Positions 9,625 through 18,135 of a stretch of DNA of 64,000 bases are shown here, piece by piece. The translations under genes were made by a program, and so were the position numbers. The notes beneath the pieces are model-generated. The model saw nothing but the letters and a program-made list of their open reading frames with translations. It was not told where the DNA came from and ran no database searches. Origin of the DNA: Minisyncoccia bacterium. GTDB lineage: Bacteria > Patescibacteriota > Minisyncoccia > Phycocordibacterales > UBA918. The stretch lies in contig JBGSJJ010000015.1 in assembly GCA_041742075.1 (NCBI GenBank), forward strand, positions 65,132-129,131, read 5' to 3'. Position 1 is the stretch's first letter, and each line of letters begins with the position of its first letter.

Positions 9625-10407
9625 TTATTCGTTTGCGCTCTTAACTGGTACCAACAAAAAACGGTAGTTCTCATCGCTTTTGTTTTTGAAGATTGGCGTG
9701 ATGATGCCACTACTGTCATCTTCAAACCGAACCGTTACCGGGTCAGAAAACTGACTGCGAACCGCCTCGACTTGACTGGCCGTAGTTCCCCCGTCCAGCA
9801 AAACCAGACCTTGCTCAGATTGTTCTGCTGGGGCCATTAAGACACCATTATCGCTCGCTACTTTCTCTGGAGCTTGTTCTTGAAGCGGGATTGGCTCTGG
9901 GGACCAGAACGATTTAAACCAGCCTAAAAAGGCTACCTGCGAATTTGGCTGTACTGCTTCAGAGCCGGGAAAAACGTGGAGCAAATCAACTCCGACCACT
10001 TCGACTCCTTGCTCGATATCGGCAAAGGATAGTCGTTCTTCAATCGCAACGAATGAAAACGTCCCCATGAAAAACAGTACCGCAAAAATAGCGACACTTT
10101 GAGCGAGAGCATGTGTGGGCTTTGGGATGGTTGGTGCGGTTAGCCCGACATGAGTGCTCATGACAGCTCGTTCAATTTTTCGTTCCGTCCGCAATACTTC
10201 TTGCCTGACTGACTTCTGCTTAGCAACCTGCTCTAGAAATTCTGAGAGAGAATTTCGGTCGACGTACCACTGCCTGCCCACCAACGTTCCGAGCACTTTT
10301 CCCTCTCGCGCCAGCTTGCTCACGTAGTCACTCGTGTAGCCAAAATTTCCTGCCACCGCAGAACTTGGTTCGTACATTTTTCCATTGATTTCAAGTTGCT
10401 TGGCCAT
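9625..10407 (-). CDS. N-terminal HTH (MerR/excisionase-like) + TM helix + extracytoplasmic domain protein
   Basis: FGYTSDYVSKLAREGKVLGTLVGRQWYVD winged-HTH-like motif; hydrophobic VAIFAVLFFMGTFSFVAI; ends 5 nt before the giant gene's ATG. Confidence 0.8.
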   Translation of the reverse strand: MAKQLEINGKMYEPSSAVAGNFGYTSDYVSKLAREGKVLGTLVGRQWYVDRNSLSEFLEQVAKQKSVRQEVLRTERKIERAVMSTHVGLTAPTIPKPTHALAQSVAIFAVLFFMGTFSFVAIEERLSFADIEQGVEVVGVDLLHVFPGSEAVQPNSQVAFLGWFKSFWSPEPIPLQEQAPEKVASDNGVLMAPAEQSEQGLVLLDGGTTASQVEAVRSQFSDPVTVRFEDDSSGIITPIFKNKSDENYRFLLVPVKSANE

Positions 10408-10545
10408 ATACGATATTGCTAATAATTATATAATCATTCTGGTCAAAAAAGCCTGAAAAAACGGCCAAATCTGGGGACAAAAAAGTACCACTTTTTGAAA
10501 AAATTTTTACCTCTTTAATCCGGAGTACGTGAAGGTGCCGAGCAT

Positions 10546-10832
10546 AAAAAAATCACCCCCTCAGTAGCTAACCGAATTGGTGGAAACCTCAACTTGAGAA
10601 CCAACCAGGCTCAGAGGGATTTACTGCCAGAACTCACCCCAGACAACAGTTCATCCTTCCAAGTCTACCCGGGTCTTCTCTTTCATTTTTCACTCCCTGC
10701 ACACACTCTGGGGCCACACAGAGAGAGTAAAAAATCGCATTATCGTCCAGGTACATCACATGCGCCCCAAAGGGCGCAGAAGATACCCAAACTATGAGGA
10801 TTAGGCCGGTGTAGCTAAGCAAACCAGACTAA
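10546..10832 (-). ncRNA. Putative structured non-coding RNA or cis-regulatory leader ending in a helix plus U7
   Basis: Several helices that give G-U pairs on the - strand but A-C mismatches on +: 10761-10778, 10686-10734, 10668-10679/10778-10791, 10617-10656 and a terminal helix before T7 at 10546-10552. No credible ORF; boundaries approximate. Confidence 0.55.
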
Positions 10833-10950
10833 TTTTCTATACACTACTCAAGAGAAACAAGACTTCCGACCGACCACATAACCAAGCGGGACCAGCACCG
10901 CCTCCTTCTAACAATTATCTCTTCTTACACCGTACGTAGTTAATACTCGT

Positions 10951-11928
10951 TTACCCGAGATATGTTGATAAATAAGCTCTTATTAGGTCAATTCCGGTCT
11001 CGAGATTTAGTATATACCCGTTTTGAATCGTGAGTGAGTCCACAAAAATCCGATGTGAAATCGAGAGTAGACAGACCGCAAGTACGCACCCAGCAATTAA
11101 AGCACTCATTAAAATAAGCAAACGAACCCCACCTGACCAACCTCGATACTCAATTACCTGGCTCGCTGCAGGATGAACTTCAACGATTGAGTCGACAGAC
11201 TCAGGGGTCTCAAGTACCTCGAGATGTTCTACTGCTCCAGGATGCTTCCATCTTTTCTTTGAACGTTTCCCTAGTGGCGCTACTGTTACTTTTGGTTCAG
11301 TAACCGCCACAGCATCGACGGACTCGCCCTCGGCTACTTCTACGGGACTATCTTGAACTACCGTCTCTCCCGACGCCTCAACCTCCGCTACCTCGTCCTC
11401 AGCCGACTTAACACCAACCTTACCTTTAAACTTTATCTCGGACCGCTTTGAGGCTGTGAAGACGGTCTTTACCTTGTCACCGCTTACAGCTATATTTTCA
11501 GCTCCGGCAAGTTTAACCGATAGGTAGCCAGTTTTAGCCTGTTCTGGGGCTGTTTTTTCTTTAACGAGGGGAATTAGCTCGGCTTCATCAGCGCCATAAC
11601 GAGGCGTAATGATAGTGGCTCCCCGGTGACCCTCGTACCGAGGCTTATGGATCGCTACTTCGTGGAGGGCTTTATCAACGACTTTTTCTGATTCTTCAGC
11701 AACTGACTGTTGAAGGAACTTCTGAGTTACCGCCTTAGTACTGCGATAGCGAGTTTGCTTGTGCGAACGAATTGACTTCTCTTCCACGTACCAGGTTCGT
11801 CCGACGAGCTGAGCTTCTACCTTACCAGCTCGGCAAAGCTGACCGATGTAATCTGCCGTGTAGCCGAGTTCTCGGGCGATTTTATTCGCCTTAATAAAGG
11901 TTTTCTCGTTTAGGGTTAAATACTCCAT
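10951..11928 (-). CDS. N-terminal HTH + C-terminal TM protein, paralog of 9625-10407
   Basis: LGYTADYIGQLCRAGKVEAQLVGRTWYVE HTH; TM LLILMSALIAGCVLAVCLL near the C-terminus; start moved to ATG 11928. Confidence 0.8.
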   Translation of the reverse strand: MEYLTLNEKTFIKANKIARELGYTADYIGQLCRAGKVEAQLVGRTWYVEEKSIRSHKQTRYRSTKAVTQKFLQQSVAEESEKVVDKALHEVAIHKPRYEGHRGATIITPRYGADEAELIPLVKEKTAPEQAKTGYLSVKLAGAENIAVSGDKVKTVFTASKRSEIKFKGKVGVKSAEDEVAEVEASGETVVQDSPVEVAEGESVDAVAVTEPKVTVAPLGKRSKKRWKHPGAVEHLEVLETPESVDSIVEVHPAASQVIEYRGWSGGVRLLILMSALIAGCVLAVCLLSISHRIFVDSLTIQNGYILNLETGIDLIRAYLSTYLG

Positions 11929-11958
11929 ACCTAGGCTCAAGTATATACGGAAGAACAG

Positions 11959-11979
11959 AAAAAGACTCCTTACGGAGTC
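11959..11979 (-). terminator. Intrinsic terminator after gatB
   Basis: GACTCC-GTAA-GGAGTC-TTTTT on the - strand. Confidence 0.7.
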
Positions 11980-12014
11980 CCTAACCTGTGTACAAGCGAT
12001 AGCTCAACTCAAAA

Positions 12015-13418
12015 TTATTTGATGTTTTTCTTAAGCAACTCGAGAAGGAGGCTCGGGTTAGCTGATCCCTTGCTCGCTTTCATTCCCTGTCCGACCAAAA
12101 ACTGGAGAGCAGATTCTTTACCTCCTTTGTACTCCTCTACCACAGACTGATGAGTAGCAATCAGTTCAAGCACCATCGGTTCTAAAGAATCAGCTGAATT
12201 CTGTTGTAGTAAGCCACGTTCTTTGGCTATAGTCATCGGATCTAGTCCAGCAAAGAGTACTTCACTGAGTAGGTCTTTCGCCACCCTGGACGTAACAGTA
12301 CCGTCGGTAGCAAGCTTAAGGAGAGTTAGAAAAGGTACCACATGAGCAGTTGCTAGGGTCTGGTTTCCGCTCAGTAAACTCACTACGTCACTCAAGAAAT
12401 AGTTTGCTACGAAGCGTGGTTCTAGCCCAGTCGGTAGAGCGCTAAGGCATGCCTCAAAGAAATTAAAGTACTCTGGACTTCCGATAATTATTTCTATCTG
12501 ATCGCTCGTTAATCCGAGATTAGCATAATATAGCCTTATTTTACTTGGCGTCTGAAGCGAGTTCTCGTCTACACGAGTATTAAAAGTAGACACCTCGGAC
12601 AACATAAACTTCGGGATATCAGGGTCAGGAAAGTAACGGTAGTCGTCGGCCGTCTCTTTAACACGCTGACTAAACGTACGGCTCTTCTCCTCGTCCCAGC
12701 CGCGCGTCTCTTGCACAACAGTCTTACCAGCTTCGAGCAATTCAATCTGTCTCGCGGTCTCATACGTGATGGCTGACTCGACTGACTTAAAGGAGTTTAG
12801 GTTTTTAACTTCAACTTTGGTACCGAGTTCATGGGTGTTGCTAACTGAGATGTTGGCTTCAACCCGCATCTCTCCCCGCTCCATGTTTGCCTCAGATGCA
12901 CCAAGCACCCGAAGTAGTAACTGCAACTCTTTTGCAAAAAGAGCAGCCTCCTTCCCACTATGAATTACTGGCTCTGTTACCAGTTCCATGAGAGGTACCC
13001 CGGCTCGGTTGAAGTCAACTAGACTCTCGTCACCTTGATCATGCAAACTTCTCGCGGTATCTTCCTCTAGGTGAATGCGCGTAATTGAAACTCCCGCTAA
13101 CTCTCCGCCACGTACAAACGGAAATTGATACTGACTGATCTGATACGCTTTTGGAATATCTGGGTAGAAATAATTCTTTCTATCAAACTCACTGAAGTCG
13201 GCGATTGTTCCACCTATCGCAGAACCGACCTTCAGTACGAGTGCTACCGCTTCTTGGTTTACTACTGGCAGTGTCCCGGGGTGGGCCATACATACCGGAC
13301 AGACGTGTGCGTTTGGTTCCCCTTCGTGCGGATTATTTGTACAACCGCAAAACATTTTACTTTTAGTTTTTAATTCGACATGAACTTCAATGCCGACCGT
13401 TGTTTTGTATGTACTCAT
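12015..13418 (-). CDS. gatB: Asp/Glu-tRNA amidotransferase subunit B
   Basis: VGIEVHVEL, FDRKNYFYPDIPKAYQISQY, IHLEEDT, DFNRAGVPLMELVTEP, DYRYFPDPD; start moved to ATG 13418. Confidence 0.97.
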   Translation of the reverse strand: MSTYKTTVGIEVHVELKTKSKMFCGCTNNPHEGEPNAHVCPVCMAHPGTLPVVNQEAVALVLKVGSAIGGTIADFSEFDRKNYFYPDIPKAYQISQYQFPFVRGGELAGVSITRIHLEEDTARSLHDQGDESLVDFNRAGVPLMELVTEPVIHSGKEAALFAKELQLLLRVLGASEANMERGEMRVEANISVSNTHELGTKVEVKNLNSFKSVESAITYETARQIELLEAGKTVVQETRGWDEEKSRTFSQRVKETADDYRYFPDPDIPKFMLSEVSTFNTRVDENSLQTPSKIRLYYANLGLTSDQIEIIIGSPEYFNFFEACLSALPTGLEPRFVANYFLSDVVSLLSGNQTLATAHVVPFLTLLKLATDGTVTSRVAKDLLSEVLFAGLDPMTIAKERGLLQQNSADSLEPMVLELIATHQSVVEEYKGGKESALQFLVGQGMKASKGSANPSLLLELLKKNIK

Positions 13419-13428
13419 ACCAACAATA

Positions 13429-14397
13429 CTAACCTCCACGCAGTCGCTCTACAAGTGCATCGCGCAGTTCTTTCACTCCTTCCCCTGTTTCTACAGACAC
13501 AACAAACACACGATTCTTAATATTGTCAATAGACTTGAGTTGCGCGTCTAAAATATCCTTATTTATAAGGTCGCTTTTAGTTAAAATAATCCACTCTTCC
13601 TTGGTGATAATCTCTGTAGAAAAGAGCTGAAGCTCGTTTCGAACTGTCGCGTAGGCTGTTTTTACGTCTTCATTTTCAAGCGAAACTAAGTGCAGGAGCA
13701 TTTTGGTACGAGAAACATGACGTAAAAATTTGTGACCTAGTCCCTTTCCTGAGGCAGCACCTTCAATCAGACCAGGAATGTCGGCTATGGTGTACTCATA
13801 GAGAGCACCTAAGTGCGGTTCAACGGTCGTGAACGCGTACGCACCAACTGGAGAAGAGGCATTTGTGAAAGCGTTTAAGAGTGTCGACTTACCAGCGTTT
13901 GGTAACCCAATGAGTCCCACGTCTACCACGAGAGAAAGGTCGATTTGAAAATCTCCTTCTTCACCAAAACCACCTTTGGTTGTTTCTACCGGTGACCTGT
14001 TTACAGACGACTTGAAGTGTTCGTTACCGAGGCCTCCATTTCCACCTTTAAGAATTTTTTCTACGGCACCTGCCGAGAAGAGTTCGTACACTCTATTTCG
14101 ACTTATGTCAGTTACGACTGACCCGATAGGTACGTCGATATAGAGATCAGCCCCAGCGTGACCCCACTGACTTTGCTCACGGCCATGCTCGCCACTGCCT
14201 GCAGTAAACTTTTTGTTGCCGGTGTACTTAGCTAAGCGGTTGAGGTCAGGTACAGCCCGAAGGTACACGTCACCCCCGCGACCACCATTGCCACCAGCCG
14301 GTCCGCCTCTCGGGCGAAACTTCTCTTGAATCCAGCGGACAACGCCATTACCACCGTTTCCGGCTTTGGCATAAATTGTTAGTTCATCGACAAACAT
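13429..14397 (-). CDS. obgE: GTPase Obg/CgtA (no C-terminal extension)
   Basis: MFVD...Gly-rich Obg domain, GLPNAGKST, YAFTT, DIPGLIEGA, GLGHKFLRH. Confidence 0.97.
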   Translation of the reverse strand: MFVDELTIYAKAGNGGNGVVRWIQEKFRPRGGPAGGNGGRGGDVYLRAVPDLNRLAKYTGNKKFTAGSGEHGREQSQWGHAGADLYIDVPIGSVVTDISRNRVYELFSAGAVEKILKGGNGGLGNEHFKSSVNRSPVETTKGGFGEEGDFQIDLSLVVDVGLIGLPNAGKSTLLNAFTNASSPVGAYAFTTVEPHLGALYEYTIADIPGLIEGAASGKGLGHKFLRHVSRTKMLLHLVSLENEDVKTAYATVRNELQLFSTEIITKEEWIILTKSDLINKDILDAQLKSIDNIKNRVFVVSVETGEGVKELRDALVERLRGG

Positions 14398-14628
14398 AAG
14401 TCATAGACAATACCACAAAAAAGTTATCCTGTATATAAGGTCATTGAGAGTACTTTTCCTGCAACGTGCCTTCCCTTCTTCTCTATACCAAGAGATGTCT
14501 ACCCTACTTAGAAACTTACCTGTGTTACTACTACGAAATGGCTATAAAAATATAGCTATTTCGCACAGAACTACGCTACTTTTTTACTAGCCCGTCCAGA
14601 ATGCCCCACCAGCTGGCGGCGAGGTGGT

Positions 14629-14964
14629 TTACTTTATAAATCTGTTTCCGATAGCACTTATCACTGAGACAATGACTGAGACGAAGAGCGCTGTCCAAAA
14701 ACCTACGATAGAGAACCCGTCGACGAAGGAGGCCACAAACCAGAGCAAACCGGCATTTATAACAAATATAAACAAACCGAGTGTCAGAATAGAAATCGGA
14801 AGCGTGAGAATAATCAGGAGTGGTTTTGCGGTCACGTTGAGAAGTCCGAGTATTAAAGACGCAATGAGAGCCGGGTAAAGACCGTCTATGGTTACCCCCG
14901 GTAAAAACTCGGCTACAAGTAATAGACCAAGAGCGGTAATAAGGATTTTTGCTAGTATTTTCAT
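14629..14964 (-). CDS. YvlD/4-TM phage holin (superfamily IV) family membrane protein
   Basis: LILGLLNVTAKPLLIILTLPISILTLGLFIFVINA family motif. Confidence 0.85.
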   Translation of the reverse strand: MKILAKILITALGLLLVAEFLPGVTIDGLYPALIASLILGLLNVTAKPLLIILTLPISILTLGLFIFVINAGLLWFVASFVDGFSIVGFWTALFVSVIVSVISAIGNRFIK

Positions 14965-15037
14965 CACCTTAGAGTACGGTTTAAAGCCTACTCAGTCAAC
15001 TTTTGTTCAGCCTTTAATCTGTCTATATACACCGGCA

Positions 15038-15072
15038 CAAAACAGCCCCCAAAAGATTCGGGGGCTGTTTTG
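15038..15072 (-). terminator. Intrinsic terminator after secA
   Basis: CAAAACAGCCCCC / GGGGGCTGTTTTG inverted repeat. Confidence 0.75.
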
Positions 15073-15117
15073 GTGTCTTTGGAGCTCGATTGTAACGTAC
15101 ACTCTTCCTTTTCAAGA

Positions 15118-17640
15118 CTACGTGAGAATCTTCCAGGTTCCGGTCGCGAGGAGTGGTTCAGCCTTTTTAAATTTGAGTTCCTTTGTTTCGGTGCCGTTAG
15201 TTATTTGTACCGTTTCGTTGCGACCAATCGTTGGCTGGTTCACTTTCGGTACTGACTGTGGTCGAACTTGGCTCGCCTTCTCCCCGCCAGCGTGTTCGGC
15301 AAACTCGCGAGCTTTCTTGAGTTCTGCTTCTTCTTTCTCTAGTGCTTGGGGGGCGAGCTGTGGAATGATTTCGGCAACCCGGTACAAGAATACTTCCTCC
15401 ATTTCTTTGAAAAGGCGGATTCCCTCTTTTCGGTATTCAATCAAGGGGTCGCGTTGACCATAGGCACGCAGGTTCACACTACTCCTGGTGTACTGCATCA
15501 CCTCGAGGTGCTCTACCCAGAGGATGTCGGTCATCTGAAGCGCGAGGCGTCTAAATAATTCTTTCCAGACGTCTTCACCAAACTCTGACTTCTTTTTTTG
15601 AACTGCCTCTGTGACGTCTGGCACCTTGGTTACCACTTCAGTCAGTACTGCGTCTATCGCGCCAGCCTCCCCTTTGAGGAGAGCATTGCGCTTTTTATAG
15701 ACAACAGTCCGTTGTGCATTGAGCACATTGTCATAGGCTAAAACTTGCTTACGGGCGTCAAAGTGGAAACCTTCGATTCGTGATTGAGCGGTCTCGAGTT
15801 GGCGAGAAATCATCTTGTTTTCAACCGGCATGTCTTCCGGGATACCAAAGGTGCCCATGAGTGATTTAATCCGGTCTCCACCAAACACACGCATGAGCTG
15901 GTCTTCCATAGACACGAAGAATTGGGTGGCGCCTGGGTCTCCCTGCCGTCCGGCTCGCCCGCGAAGCTGGTTGTCAATCCGCCTTGCTTCATGACGCTCA
16001 GTACCGAGTACAAAGAGACCGCCAAGCGCGAGAACTTCTGCTTCAGCTTCCTTACTAGCATCGATACCTCCCAGCTTAATGTCGACTCCTCGACCGGCCA
16101 TGTTGGTAGCTAAGGTGACCATACCCCTGCGTCCCGCATTGGCGATGATTTCACCTTCCCGTTCATGGTTTTTGGCGTTTAACACCTCATGAACTACATT
16201 GGCTTTTGTGAGTTCAAGGGAAAGCATTTGGTTCGTTTCAATTGAAGCAGTACCGATGAGTACTGGTTGACCTTTTTCACTCAGCTCTCTTACCTTCTGT
16301 ATGACAGCTTGGTACTTTCCGGCTGTTGTTTGGTAGATAAGGTCATTGTGGTCAAGTCGCGCGACTTGTTTGTTGGTAGGCACGGGAACTACTTCAAGTC
16401 CATAGACGGTATAGAACTCTTCGGCTGAGGTGAGCGCGGTACCAGTCATACCGGCTAGTTTTTTGTACTGCTTAAAGTAATTCTGGTACGTTATTGAAGC
16501 GTAGGTTTTTGTCTCTTTTTGAATCACTACCCCTTCTTTGGCTTCAACCGCTTGATGTAGGCCATCTGACCACCTACGGCCTGGCTGTAACCGACCAGTA
16601 AACTCGTCGACTATCACTACCTCATTGTCACGTATGACGTACTCCTTATCACGCGTATAGAGCGCTTTGGCTTTTACCGCTGTCTCCAAGTGGTGTACGT
16701 ATTTGATACCTTTATCAGTATAAATATTTTCAATCCCGAGCATATCTTGGGTCGCCTCAATACCGGCATCGGTCAAAGTAGCGCTCCGCATTTTTTCATC
16801 AAGTTCATAGTGGTCACCTACTTTGAGGCGCTCGGCAATCCGGGCAAAGTTTTCATAGAGCTTCTCGCCCTCTGGTGCAGGTGCCGAAATAATGAGCGGT
16901 GTTCGCGCTTCGTCAATCAAGATGGAGTCGATTTCGTCGACAATAGCAAAGGCATGTTCGCGTTGCCGAAGTCGGGTAATTTCAAACTCGATGTTGTCGC
17001 GCAAATAATCAAAACCGTATTCGTTGTTCGTACCGTAGGTAATATCAGCCGCATACGCCTCAGTGCGGGTACAAGGCCTCAGGTACTCGTAGAAGACTTT
17101 AAATGAACCTTGAGCGTCTCTGGCGCTATCAACGTCGGTATGCCCGGTATCATAAATATATGAACTCTCATGATTGATCACACCAACCGATAAACCAAGC
17201 GCCGAATAAATCTGCCCCATCCAAACGGCATCGCGTCGTGCGAGGTAATCGTTTACCGTCACCACGTGCACACCTTCGCCCGAGAGAGCATTGAGAGCGG
17301 CGGGAAGAGTACCTACCAAGGTCTTCCCTTCACCCGTGCGCATTTCAGTTATCTTTCCACGATGGAGAAGAAGCCCACCAATCAACTGCACGTCGTAGTG
17401 CCTAAGACCAAGCGTCCGCAAAGACGCTTCACGCGTAAGGGCAAACATTTCAGGCAGGACACTATCGAGTGTTGCGCCGAGCGCTACCTCACTCCTTAGT
17501 TCTTTAACGCGTTCGATAAGCCCAGCATCAGTTCGCTCCTTACACGACGCCTCAAGGGCGTTAATGGTATTGATAAGTGGTTGAATATATTTGAGCTCTT
17601 TCGCGTACGATGGCCCAAAAAAACGGTCTAAAAATGACAT
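15118..17640 (-). CDS. secA: Preprotein translocase subunit SecA
   Basis: EMRTGEGKT, VDEIDSILIDEARTPLIIS, GMTGTA, ATNMAGRGVDI, RRIDNQLRGRAGRQGDPG; start moved to ATG 17640. Confidence 0.98.
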   Translation of the reverse strand: MSFLDRFFGPSYAKELKYIQPLINTINALEASCKERTDAGLIERVKELRSEVALGATLDSVLPEMFALTREASLRTLGLRHYDVQLIGGLLLHRGKITEMRTGEGKTLVGTLPAALNALSGEGVHVVTVNDYLARRDAVWMGQIYSALGLSVGVINHESSYIYDTGHTDVDSARDAQGSFKVFYEYLRPCTRTEAYAADITYGTNNEYGFDYLRDNIEFEITRLRQREHAFAIVDEIDSILIDEARTPLIISAPAPEGEKLYENFARIAERLKVGDHYELDEKMRSATLTDAGIEATQDMLGIENIYTDKGIKYVHHLETAVKAKALYTRDKEYVIRDNEVVIVDEFTGRLQPGRRWSDGLHQAVEAKEGVVIQKETKTYASITYQNYFKQYKKLAGMTGTALTSAEEFYTVYGLEVVPVPTNKQVARLDHNDLIYQTTAGKYQAVIQKVRELSEKGQPVLIGTASIETNQMLSLELTKANVVHEVLNAKNHEREGEIIANAGRRGMVTLATNMAGRGVDIKLGGIDASKEAEAEVLALGGLFVLGTERHEARRIDNQLRGRAGRQGDPGATQFFVSMEDQLMRVFGGDRIKSLMGTFGIPEDMPVENKMISRQLETAQSRIEGFHFDARKQVLAYDNVLNAQRTVVYKKRNALLKGEAGAIDAVLTEVVTKVPDVTEAVQKKKSEFGEDVWKELFRRLALQMTDILWVEHLEVMQYTRSSVNLRAYGQRDPLIEYRKEGIRLFKEMEEVFLYRVAEIIPQLAPQALEKEEAELKKAREFAEHAGGEKASQVRPQSVPKVNQPTIGRNETVQITNGTETKELKFKKAEPLLATGTWKILT

Positions 17641-17694
17641 AACGGCCTTAGCATAGCATGAATAGTGGACGTCTTCTACGCAGTCACCTAAAAC

Positions 17695-17727
17695 GATAAA
17701 AACCACCGTGGAGGGGTGGTTTTTATC
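17695..17727 (-). terminator. Intrinsic terminator after the histone-like gene
   Basis: GATAAAAACCACC / GGTGGTTTTTATC 13-bp inverted repeat. Confidence 0.75.
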
Positions 17728-17754
17728 TAATTAACGTCACCTTGAGGTGTCGAA

Positions 17755-17922
17755 TTATTTCTTCTTCTTTGGAGCTGCCTTCTTTTTTGGGGCTGCCTTT
17801 TTTGTAGCTTTTTTTGCTACTTTCTTTGCAACCTTCTTCTTTGGAGCAGCCTTCTTTACAGCTTTCTTAGCTGCAACTCGCTTGGCTGGCTTCTTCGCTA
17901 CAGCTTTCTTTTTTGTTGCCAT
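17755..17922 (-). CDS. 55-aa histone H1-like K/A/P-rich protein (not in ORF track)
   Basis: MATKKKAVAKKPAKRVAAKKAVKKAAPKKKVAKKVAKKATKKAAPKKKAAPKKKK*; has its own promoter and terminator. Confidence 0.85.
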   Translation of the reverse strand: MATKKKAVAKKPAKRVAAKKAVKKAAPKKKVAKKVAKKATKKAAPKKKAAPKKKK

Positions 17923-18011
17923 ATTGTGATGAGAGTATTAGTGAATAACTATTCGACCGCTGACTTCTCATTTGTGAAAGAACAAACTGAAGAGAATGTC
18001 TGCTTACTACT

Positions 18012-18040
18012 ATTATCACTGTGAAAAAAAACTAATACAA
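18012..18040 (-). promoter_or_regulatory. sigma70-type promoter for the histone-like gene
   Basis: TTGTAT-17 nt-GATAAT on the - strand, with an AT-rich tract upstream. Confidence 0.5.
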
Positions 18041-18058
18041 CAAAAAATAAAATAAATG

Positions 18059-18067
18059 TGTGGATAA
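18059..18067 (-). promoter_or_regulatory. Perfect DnaA box TTATCCACA
   Basis: TGTGGATAA on + strand inside an AT-rich intergenic region. Confidence 0.55.
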
Positions 18068-18135
18068 AATATTTTAGTTAAAAATATTTTTTAAAAAAAT
18101 AAATTTATTTTTTAAATTTTCTCTCACGACTTTTT

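Noticed and set aside
10594-10822. Short ORFs (67 and 62 aa) in the HTH-HTH spacer
   Set aside because: Non-ATG starts and no protein features; the region is better explained by RNA helices.
10546-10950. RNase P, tmRNA, SRP, group I/II intron or DGR template identity for the spacer
   Set aside because: No GAGGAAAGUCC, tRNA-like ends or SRP helix-8 motif seen; no reverse transcriptase and no matching variable region in the window.
14629-14964. Prophage implied by the holin-family gene and tail-fibre-like protein
   Set aside because: The YvlD/4-TM family is commonly chromosomal; no capsid, terminase, integrase or lysin genes, and flanks are housekeeping genes.
17747-17929. 60-aa Phe/Ala-rich + strand ORF in the ORF track
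   Set aside because: Antisense of the Lys/Ala-rich histone-like gene, which has the promoter and terminator.
18040-18135. oriC candidate (AT-rich tract plus DnaA box)
   Set aside because: Only one perfect box and no dnaA/dnaN nearby; fits a promoter UP region better.
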